Assembly: GCA_002633005.1 (NCBI GenBank)
Contig: NMRA01000477.1
Coordinates: 45,249-109,248, forward strand
Length of the DNA: 64,000 bases
Source of the DNA: Phoronis australis
Taxonomy: Eukaryota > Animalia > Phoronida
Reading direction: 5' to 3'
Shown here: piece after piece, positions 10,901 to 22,900 of the stretch
Layout of the letters: each line of letters opens with the position of its first letter
How positions within the stretch are numbered: the stretch's first letter is position 1
Program-made: the position numbers and the translations under genes
Notes under the pieces: model-generated
The model's database searches: none
Seen by the model: only the letters and a program-made list of their open reading frames with translations
What the model was told of the DNA's origin: nothing

Positions 10901-13900
10901 AGTAATACTGGCCAAGCTGTATAATATTGGAGTAATACTGGCCAACCTGTATAATATTTGAGTAATACTGGCCAAGCTGTATAATATTGGAGTAATACTG
11001 GCCAAGCTGTATAATACTCAGGGCTTGGAATGACCAATGACAAAAAACGCGGAAACTTTGAAACTTTTACGGCCCAAATCATGCCCGATAACCAGCCTTG
11101 AAATGGTCAATATGAACTTTTCCCCGACAAAAATTGGGAGGACTAAAATAAAAAAAACGTTACCACCAGCAGTAGCATGCGTCTGCGTCCTTTTAGCTCG
11201 CCCGTCCACTCCCAACCCACACATTTTTGGCTGCAGAGCAGTAGTATTTGTCGCCGCGCTTAACACGAGACGCCATTGAAAATCCCACCACGCTGTCCCA
11301 GATGCCCCGGCAATGTTGACAATTTACGTTCCTCCGAAACATAAAGAGCAACTTCCGCTTTTCGAGGTGAACGTCGTCTGCAACGCCGCGGTAAGAAAGG
11401 AATTTGCCACGGAAATTTTACATCAAATCCGATTTTTTTTACGCGGAAATATTATAAAAAAAGCGGAAAGCACATTTGAAAAAAGCGGAAATCCGCGTTT
11501 CCGCGGAAAATTCCAAGCCCTGAATACTGGAGTAATACTGGCCAAGCTGTATAATATTTGAGTACTACTGGCCAAGTTGCATAATATTGGAGTAATACTG
11601 GACAAGCTGTATAATATTTGAGTAATACTGGCCAAGCTGTATAATATTGGAGTAATACTGGACAAGCTGTATAATATTGGAGTAATACTGGCCAAGCTGT
11701 ATAATATTGGAGTAATACTGGACAAGCTGACCCTCGAACCGACACTCGCCCATCACCTTGCCCCCATGCCTGACCCACAACAGTCACACACCCATCATCT
11801 TGCCCTCACACCTGACCCCTGACACCCACCCATCATCTTGCCCTCACACCTGACCCCTGACACTCACCCATCATCTTGTTCTGCTGTCGCTGCTTCCTCC
11901 AACAGAGTACCATAAATATGACCAGGAAGAGGAGCATCAACCCTAGCGCCACCCCTAGCAAGATGTAGAGCATATCATTGCTTCTGCTCGTACTGTTGCC
12001 ATGTGACTTAGACTGGTTGGTGCCCTGGGTGGCACCAGCAGGTGTCGACTTGACATCGCCTGCCCCACTCTCAGGAGGCTGATCGACAGGGGGAAGCCTA
12101 GTGTCTGGCGGTGCAGTAGCCCCGGGCTCTGTGACAAGGAATAAAAGTTTTATCATAGGGGGGACAGAGAAACCTGCATTCAACAGCATAAATTAAAACT
12201 TCTTCATTTAAAAACACTACGGTGGTACAGTGAAATATTATTTTTGATGAGCACAGTTTGCACAGCACAACCAACACCTGATGAAAATCCGAGTCTATTA
12301 AGCAATGCAGTGAGGCGGTAATGCATTCCCCAATAACGCCACAATTGTATCATCAAGGATGCAACACTTATTAATTAACAATTAAAAACAACTGTCTACA
12401 GCCAATCGCAACAACAATAGTGAAATTCTTTAATTTCAATCACAAGATCAATTGACAGAGACAAATCCAACTTCCATGATACAGACTTTACCACCTAAAA
12501 CCTAATTACAGGCCAATAGTGCAAAGTAAAAAATATATTTTTGTCGGGAAACAGTCACTTGTTATGCAAATGCATTCACTTACCCAATGTCTTCGGTACC
12601 ACAATGTTACTGAAGGGTCCGCGACCTTTGTTGTTGAAACAGCGAACTCTGACCTCGTATGAGGTCAATGGCTCTAGGCCAGAGATAATGAAGCTGTTCT
12701 CTATTGAGCTTTTCAGTGGAGCCACTTGCCATTCAGTCTTTCCACCAGCAGTGAACTTGCGATAGGAGATGAAAAAACCGTCCACTCGGAAAGTAACCTC
12801 ATCGTTGAACTGAAGAAAAGCAAACACAGCACAATAACACAAAAGCTTACTTAGAATACAACAAGCAAGGTATGCTCATTACCAAAATGTTGATTTCAAG
12901 GGTACTTCAACAGAAACATTGTTAGTATTTAAGTGGCACCTCGCAGTAGTTGATCAAATCTCCCTCTAAGATAATTGGTGAAATCTTGGAGACTATTTCC
13001 AAATGATTAAAAATTAAAATGTGCTTGGCCTCTCTATGAGTTTTGTACTGTACAACATCAACAAAGTCCATTAAATGTCAACCTTTCATTAGGTCAAGCT
13101 TGGAACATTGCGTGTAACATTTTCTTGACAACCCAAGCGTAAAAAATGGGCACAACGTTTCGGTCATGTCCAGCAGCAACTCTCAAATAGTATCCACTAG
13201 ATGGCGCTGATGAACCAACCTGATCAGCCCCATCAAGTGGCCAGCATTTGCGAGTGGCAGTTGGAAAGAGATCAAAAACCAAGTGAGTTTATTTCTCTGA
13301 AGTGTGATCCAGAGACCATCCACAACAATCAATTATCAATTATCAATATCAATATCAACTTTAATTCATAAAGCAAGATTTCTGGAAGATGTTTTATGTG
13401 TTGACCAAAGAGAAGCCCTAGGTTTTGCCTTCCTCATAGTGAAATGTAAACAGTGCACACTTACACGCCAGTAAATCTTGATAGCACGGTCCGACACTGA
13501 CGTGAAATGCGTGATCAACGGAGCAGCCTTGGGAGCGGTCTGTTTGATTTTGGACAACAGCTTGAATTTCTTCGGCGGACTCATTTCAAAGTTCGAGTTG
13601 ACGAACACCACAGCAATACGGAACTTGTAGACACCACCTGCAGGAGAGACAAACACATCAAGTCCGTAACTATCAATGCCACTAAGATCGAGGCAATCAT
13701 TTTACATGCATAAAGCAGTTTTACATAACACTGTATTCGGATACTTTTGCGCTGTGTACACTAATGAAATAACAGTATACCACAAAATGTGCCAAAAATT
13801 ACAAAAAAATAGAGAAGTGGGCATGGATATGGCCATGCTATAAAGCAAAAAATGACCTAACCTAGCCTTATTTTGGAAGTACGATCAGATTTGAGCATAA

Positions 13901-16900
13901 CAAAAGTGTGAATCATTAAAAGCGCAAGACATATTAACAGGTATGCAGCAGCAGCACCACCTCTAGACAGTCCGTAGAGTGACTGAGACGGGCGCAAAAA
14001 CTCGCGCACAGGATTACAAGGGCCACGTCGCTCAAACGGACATTTATGCAAAGTTGGACATGCCAGCCAAAAGGAATCCCATTTACCTGGGTTGAGGCCG
14101 GTAACTTCGTACTTGTCGGTCTTCTGCGGCAGCTCCTCGTTAATGGTCCTCCACTCCTCCTTGACACCCCTCATCTGCTCCTTGTACTGGACTTTGAAGA
14201 AGTCCACAGGTAGTGTGTTGGCAGGCATCACCCATGACAGTAAAACAGACGAGTCACTGGTACGTCTGACTGTGGGTTTGCCAGGAGGTAGCATGCCCTG
14301 GGGGTCTGCGGGGGGAAGAGGGAGATTAGCAACAAGGATGTAACCAGAGGTGCACCCCGTAGACCAAGTTTCTAGCGACAAAATCAAGATCACGCGAGAC
14401 CAGCAGAGAGAAAGATGCTTCACGAATATAGCCAAGACCTTGGCAGTCAAACCCACCAAAATGGAAGTCACTGAAGTGATTGGTCAGTGAGGTTCAAATG
14501 TTAAATCATAGAATCCCGTTACATAATCGAAGTACTTTGCTTTAAGACATGGCTAATGTCTTGGGTCTACAAAACACAGTCCACAGTAGGCATCTGGTAG
14601 GTCCCAGAAGCATGATGAATTGTGAGTCTAGAAGGGTACCATGTATCACTGACACCTAGCTTTCCATATATCACTGACACCTAGCTTAAGTGAACAGTAA
14701 TCCTCAATAATGAACAGATAATTTTGGTTGTAAATAAGAATCAAATGTTGCTACACCTCAACAAGAATATGGCTATGCCAAAGGATTCCAACTACCCATA
14801 ATAGCCAACCCTGATTGATAAAAACAACATTGTTCATTATGAAATTGGCAATCTTCGAGTGTAATAAATTTGTTTATCACCAAACTGACCCTCACTTCCA
14901 ATAAATGGCGAAATCTGACTCGCATGAATACAATTCTTATTGTGATCCAGTGACACAAGTTAAAATGTTTCTTCACTCAAATGTTAAAAAGCCAGTAGTC
15001 ATGAAAACGGGGATATTTCTAACTCAGCATCGGAAAATACTTTGTGGTCACCACCAGAGGGAGACAATACCTTTCTTCTTGGTATTCGTGGTCGTTGGAA
15101 GGCCACCTTGCTCCGCACTACTGGTTGGTCCATGAATCACAACGCTGCCGTCCGCCGGAGTGGGGTGGTCAGCAGCTGCAAAATCAAGAAACACAGGATC
15201 GTTATACAAAGTAACTAAAAGAAATTCTAGCTTTACCTTCACCACAGTTGAAAACCTGTTGACAGATTTCAGTCTTTGTGGCAGGGTTCAGTGTTAAAGA
15301 GATCATTATACGCAATATTTCACAAAGCATTTTGTATGGTAATGTATACAGGTAAGGAATTACTTCAAAATAAACTGATAACCAACAATCAAACCCAAAA
15401 AACAGAAAGAATTTACAGGTGCACATGAACAATGGCACGCTGAACAGGGAATAAAATATCTCTATTCGCCAAATATTCTGACTTTGATCTTCTTGCTCAC
15501 TTAATTACAATTCAGGAGAGGATTGACTAACTATGTGACCCACACAAAGACATTATTGCATTAGAGTCCTGTCACACCATAGTAGGCTGATCAAAATTGA
15601 ATTTTATCACAAAGAATGTGCTGAAGTGCTGAGGTGAACTGTAGGCTTCATTGAAGCATCGACATATGGCCACATGGGAGAGCGGAACCTACTGCCACCT
15701 GTGTGTACAATGCGAAGACATCAGAACAACACTTAGTCTACAAAAATCAACTTCTTACAGGGAACGGGGATATTTAAGGCCTCTCACGGAACGCGAGGCT
15801 TCTTCTCAACAAAGGTTACCCTTATTCCCATGTGGCCAGTCAGCATTACCTCGTGAAAGGGTTGAGTGATTGTATGGCAAGTCAAAAAGAAATTGAGAAA
15901 TAGTTAAGCCAGTGCAATGGTAGAACAAACCTTGTACTATAAGGAATGCGGATGCGTTCGCAAACAGTTTGAAATTGTTGGACACGGCACACGTGTAGCG
16001 ACCGGCGTCACGCCGACGTAACCGGCGTATCTCCAATGTCCCGTTAGCGAACACCGACAGACGGGGATTAGCGCTAACATTAATCCAGCGGCCATCTTTG
16101 AGCCAGGTCAGTCCACGGCTATGTTCTGCCACGCAGTGCAGGTGAGCCGTGCCGTGCACTTGTGCGCGAGTGTCCACAGGCCGGCGCTCAATAGAGGGAG
16201 GTAGGAGTGCTGTGCAAGTGAACAGTGTTAGAGTTAAGACATGAAAGTGAAACGAGCAGTTGTGCAGAGGAGAAATGTCAAGTTCGTAAGCTAATCAAGA
16301 AAACTGACAATCTCGGTTGCATGTCAACCTTTGTCAAGAAAAACCACTTGAAAAGTGCCCGGGTTATTGACAACAAGCCAACGACGTATTGTCAATGTTA
16401 GACTATAGGGTGCGCTACAGAGCCACAGTGTCGTGTTGCAACCATAGAGACAGTGAAATCAATCCAAGTGCTGGCAAGGGTAAGAATTTAAGAGTTTTGT
16501 GAAATGGAAGAGTTAGATTAATTATTCTCACCACATATAAGAAGCATAGTGCACACAGAACAAAGGCAACAGCAAAATACTACAATAAAATCTCACAAAC
16601 TCTAGGCTAAACTTCCACTCAAACCAGCTTTTCTCATATTTCAGGAACTTCCAACACTCTCAGGAGTGCCGACAATCGTAAAATATTGTGTGATGGTGAA
16701 AATGGTAAAACAATAACTTAGTGCTCCCTTTCAACACTCAATTCAAATGTGCAGAAATAAAGTTTCACATGTCTGCCATTCTGTGACCCAAACTTGTGAG
16801 ATTTTACTGTATTTCAACGCAACCCATTTGTCCTGATGGCAAATTCAAGTAATCCAGTTCAGTGAATGATTGTGGACAGAACTATGTTCAAAAGCCCCCA

Positions 16901-19900
16901 AACAGGCACCCACTTCACATTACTGGGTGTCACAAAATTCTTATTTATCAATATCACAAAGCAACACATGAAAAACGAAAGAACAGAAGAGAGTGTGCAT
17001 TTCAAATAGTTTGAGCGCCAAGATTTGGACCGCTTTCCCCTTCACCTTACTAGAAAATTACTTCCTGAAATTAATCTAGTAGATTTTAGATATCAATGTG
17101 ACGACGACTTTATTACTTCACGCCAAAGTCGGATTTTCTTGAAAAAATCTCTTTTTGTCCAAGACTGGATTTCACATCATATTTCATGATCAAACCCATA
17201 GGTTTCAACAGATGCCCAGGGAAGAAGCTGGTCACCTCGTGTGACCGAGGCACACCACCTCCTGCACACTCACCAGTGCCTGATGTGCCGTCCTGTTGTT
17301 CACGAGTAAGTCTACTGGGGTTCTTCAACAGACGCAGACTCGCCTTCTTGCTGGTCCGGGATGCACCATCCTCATACTTGACTATCACACGGAATGCGTA
17401 CTTTGACTCTGGATTGAAGAGGTGGAGAGTCAAACAAACAGACAAATTACAAGTGTAACAGAGAAAATAGAGTAGATACATGGATTGAACAATTCTGACA
17501 CTGCTGGCAAAGAAATTTTACTTTTCAGCAACACATGCAACCAAGAGTTCGGAGCTTACGACCGACGTCAAATTTGCCCCCATACCCAACGTGTGGCATC
17601 AACTTGTAAAATGTTGAGACAACATTGTCACATTTGTTAGCCAAGTGGAGTGTGAATTTCGTCATTTTTATGAAAGTTATCATCTACGATCCACAAAAAT
17701 TATCCAAGAACACAGCGATCTCCTCTTCTTCTGGACTTGGCTGAATATTGTGACTGAGGGCACCGCATCGTTCCCAGCGCACTCAACATTAATCCAGTTG
17801 AGAACACGGCACACTGATTAACCTCAATTTATTGCTTAAATCTGATTTATGCACCTATCCATAGAAGAAAACAGTGCATGTACACATGTAAGTTCACTAT
17901 CAACAAGATAAGACGCACGTACTTGGTTTCAACCTCTCCACCACAAGCTCCTTGCGTGGAGCCGTCACTTCACCAGCCGACTGCCACCGCCTCGTGGGAA
18001 GTCTGTATTGGACAACAAACACCTTGACCGGTGGACCAAGGTGTAATGTCCAACGTACTCGTACACTTGTCCTGGTGATCTGATCCAGTCTTACCACAGA
18101 TGGCGTTAGTAGTTCCTCTGAAACAAACATGGAATTATCAAATAATATGTTCTAAGATGCATGTTGAGAAACAGTGGACACCAATGTGACACTTAACCCT
18201 TCCATTTCCAGGCAGTACAACAACCCCCCCTCCCCCAAATAGTGCTACTTCGAATACTACACTATTACGTTTTCAGAAAAGTTATCTGCTTACTTTTGGT
18301 GCACGCACATTCCAAAACATCACTAGCCAAAATGAAGTACATTTCGGTAGCTGAGAAATTCGCTACTCCAACATTCATTTCATTTATTACAGCCAGACAT
18401 GTGGAAAAACCTTTCATCATTGAATATCAACACACCATAGAGTGAATATCAACACACCGTAGAGCAATGCCTCTGCGCCCCTGCCTCCGTGTTCCGTGCC
18501 CCCCTCAATGTAGACCTCTTACCTGGCACCGTGTCATTGTCGCCCATCGATGAAGCCTTCCTCACAGTCAGTCGACCCTCTGAGTGGGCCTGACCATATG
18601 GACTGGTAGCCATACACTGGTACATCCCCTCATGCACTGATTGAGCATTGTTGATGGTCAGACTGGTATCTGTGAATACATGGTAATCCCGGTCAAGTCA
18701 CGGAAAACTAAAGGCTTATTGCACCAGACGACTGACACAAGAAAATACAGGGGCGAGGAATATAAAGAAGTACCTCCAATTCAAGCCGTACTCATCTCAT
18801 TCAAACACTTCTTTTGTTTCGAGTTTTGTAAATAATATAGCACTCAACGCTAGTTACGCTTTGAATGTGGGTCCAACAGAGGGCACTTGGTGCCAAATAG
18901 ACATGCAAGTGACAAATTTAAGGAACTTTCAAAAACGAATTTCCGCGCGTGTTTATTCAAAACCTCATTATAATTCACAGTGAAATTCAAAGAAAGAGAA
19001 CAAGTAGGCAGTTATCTGAATCAGCCATGCTCCGTAATCAGGGTAGTAACTGACAAATCAAGACGCTGACTGTAATCGGCATGCAAAAGCATACACAGAT
19101 ATCAGACTCTACGCAACAAACATGACACCAAAGGTTGACAACAACGTTCAATACCATCGCATTAAACGGATGCTAATGAAATGAAATAAAAGCTAGCTGG
19201 CAACAATCATAATATCAGCGGAGTTATTACAGTAAAAGCCTATTAACAACCAGGCACTCACCATTGGTAGTTGCTAATGGAAACAAACAAGAGACTAAAT
19301 TTAATCCAACTTTCTTGTTGGGTTTTATTCGTCTCACATCCTCAACTCAAAGACATGCATTAGGTGTACTGCTCATTAGTGAACCTGTTTCTAACAAGAA
19401 TGGTGTGCACAACCAGTCCTATGGGGGATAACCTCGTTACTCATGAGACATTAATCAGCATAAGGTGAGGAAACGCCCTGATAAAGTAGGTCACCCGTAG
19501 AAGGTAAAAACAAGACGTGGGGGACTGGTTATGGCAAAAGAGTCCATTTTACAGACAGAATAGTCTCGTCAAGAGTTTCAGGGCAAAGTCTCTCATTACA
19601 ATCCTTCGATAAGTTCCATTATAAATATTTTGAAAACAATACATCCCATTTTCCAAAAAACGGAATACTACCTAATCTTATGCTGGAAGAAAACACTCAC
19701 TTGTAATCTCCAAATGGCCATCAGCAGTCACTGGCTGGCCATTGTGCAGCCACACTTGACTAATCGGGCCACTGCCGCTAGACGTACACATGAACTTGGC
19801 CTTGCCGCCAACTAGCACCATCTTTTGGGAGAGTGGATCAACCACTCGAGGGGGCACTGCATGAAAAAGATAGCAGTGAGACACCAGGATTTAATTACAA

Positions 19901-22900
19901 CTTATTGTAACAATCCCAACATATTAGGTCACCACACTAAATACACAAAAACCTTGCATTTAAGAGTCATTAGCAGTTAACTGGCCAAAAAACCCATTTC
20001 TGTGATTTTTTTGTTGGATGGGATAGACTTCTTGAAGGTATTAACCTTCATCAGAGCTATAAAACAAGAAAATCCACTGAGTGTGAAAGATACTGTCATT
20101 TATCAAGTGGGTTTAGCTCCTGCCGCAAAGTATTAAACTGTGACCTGACCGAGGAAGTGGTGAGTTAAATTCCATGTTGGGGTTGATCTCCAAAAACTAC
20201 TTTTTCTCGCCGTTGTCACTTTAATTCACAGTGTTCTATGTATACAATGCACAATATTGCTCAATGTCTCATCTACATTCAAGACATAGAAAATACAAAG
20301 TATGAGTACCTCATAAATCACTTAAAAGGACACCGCATTTTTACTCTTAGCCGCAAAAATTGTCAACTTGAACCGGAGACGAAACGAATTTGAGACAACT
20401 TAACACGTGAACCTCCAGACACAGCCATGAAATTACGAGAAGCCCTAACTTGCTTTATTTCAGAACTTGAACTCCATCTCCTGACAGAAAAAAAACAAAA
20501 CCAAACCAAACTCAGAAGTCATCCTAGCTGAGTAGTGTTCCCCTATTCTTCTAACAGTTGCAAAAATGAAAACTAAACAATACTTGTCACTGAAACACAT
20601 AAATGTTCAAAAATGAAAGTCGTAATCTTCCTCCCCTGCTTCCTCTAACACACAACACACCATTAAGTACTAGCTGTAGTAATACTGGCCCGCAACTTGA
20701 ACGACACTTGCTGCACAACATGGTTTTCCCTGTTGCCTACTGGTCTGCTATGGTCACAACAAGAGCAACGCGGAGCGTTGAAATGCGCCCACAATTGCAC
20801 CGCATACGGTATCCTTCTAGGGTTGTTTATTGGTACCATAAAGTGGCCAGTAGAGGGCATACTTTGCAAAATGGAAAGGCATGGTCATTGTCTCCTCAAT
20901 AGGCTAGGGGCAAAATGTGAGTAATCTTCATAATACAAGCACATCCTATACACCAGTTGCTTAAAGCACCACAGAAACATAGAATTAAAANTTACTTTTG
21001 GTGCACGCACATTCCGAAACATCACTAGCCAAAATGAAGTACATTTCGGTAGCTGAGAAATTCGCTACTCCAACATTCATTTCATTTATTACAGCCAGAC
21101 ATGTGGAAAAACCTTTCATCATTGAATATCAACACACCATAGAGCAATGCCTCTGCGCCCCTGCCTCCGTGTTCCGTGCCCCCTCAATGTACACCTCTTA
21201 CCTGGCACCGTGTCATTGTCGCCCATTGATGAAGCCTTCCTCACAGTCAGTCGACCCTCTGAGTGGGCCTGACCATATGGACTGGTAGCCATACACTGGT
21301 ACATCCCCTCATGCACTGACTGAGCATTGTTGATGGTCAGACTGGTATCTGTGAATACATGGTAATCCCGGTCAAGTCACAGAAAACTAAAGGCTTATTG
21401 CACCAGACGTCTGAGACAAGAAAATACAGGGGCGAGGAATATAAAGAAGTACCTCCAATTCAAGCCGGACCCATCTCATTCAAACACTTCTTTTGTTTTG
21501 AGTTTTGTAAATACGATAGCACTCAACGCTAGTTACACTTTGAATGTGGATCCAACAGAGGGCACTAGCTGCCAAATAGACATGCAAGTGACAAATTTAA
21601 CGAACTTTCAAAAACGAAGTGTCCGCGCGTGTTTATTCAAAACCTCATTATAATTCCCAATGAAATTCAAAGAGAACTAGTAGGCAGTTATCTGAATCAG
21701 CCATGCTCCGTAATCAGGGTAGTAACTGACAAATCAAGACGCTGACTGTAATCGGCATGCAAAAGCATACACAGATATCAGACTCTAAGCAACAAACATG
21801 ACACCAAAGGTTGACAACAACGTTCAATACCATTGCATTAAACAGATGCTAATGAAATGAAATAAAAACTAGCTGGCAACAATTATAATATCAGCAGAGT
21901 TATTACAGTAAAAGCCTATTAACAACCAGGCACTCACCATTGGCCGTTGCTAATGGAAACAAACAAGAGACTAAATTTAATCCAACTTTCTTGTTGGGTT
22001 TTATTCGTCTCGCATCCTCAACTCAAAGACATGCATTAGGTGTACTGCACATTATTGAACCTGTTTCCAACAAGAATGGTGTGCACAACCAGTCCTATGG
22101 GGGCTAACCTCGTTACTCATGAGACAGTAATCAGCACAAGGTGAGGAAACGCCCTGATAAAGTAGGTCACCCGTAGCAGGTAAAAACAAGATGTGGGGGA
22201 CTGGTTATGGCAAAAGAGTCCATTTTACAGACAGAATGGTCTCGTCAAGAGTTTCCGGGCTAAATCTTTTGGCAAAGTCTCTCATTACAATACTTCGATA
22301 AGTTCCATGAGTTTTAACAAAATCTATTAGAAATATTTTGAAAACAATACATCCCATTTTCAAAAAACGGAATACTACCTAATCTTATGCTGGAAGAAAA
22401 CACTCACTTGTAATCTCCAAATGGCCATCAGCAGTCACTGGCTGGCCATTGTGCAGCCATACTTGACTAATCGGGCCACTACCGCTAGCCGTACACATGA
22501 ACTTGGCCTTGCCGCCAACTAGCACCATCTTTTGGGAGAGTGGATCAACCACTCGAGGGGGCACTGCATGAAAAAGATAGCAGTGAGACACCAGGATTTA
22601 ATTACAACTTATAGTAACAATCCCAACATATTAGGTCACCACACTAAATACACAAAAATCTTGCATTTAAGAGTCATTAGCAGTTAACTGGACAAAAAAA
22701 ACATTTCTGTGATTTTTTTGTTGGATGGGATAGACTTCTTGAAGGTATTAACCTTCATGAGAGCTATAAAACAAGAAAATCCACTGAGTGTGAAAGATAC
22801 TGTCATTTATCAAGTGGGTTTAGCTCCTGCAGCAAAGTATTAAACTGTGACCTGACCGAGGAAGTGGTGAGTTAAATTCAGTGTTGGGGTTGATCTCCAA

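Noticed and set aside
10838-11728. CRISPR-like appearance of the 30-bp repeats
   Set aside because: Units are head-to-tail with no unique spacers, there are no cas genes, and the context is a eukaryotic intron.
10757-11787. Repetitive ORFs (SLASITPILY / YYTAWPVLLQ)n
   Set aside because: By-products of a stop-free 30-bp minisatellite, open in several frames at once, with no exon support.
15161-15170. Gli-like site GACCACCCC
   Set aside because: Mismatch to GACCACCCA and lies inside a coding exon; I noticed no perfect Gli site elsewhere.
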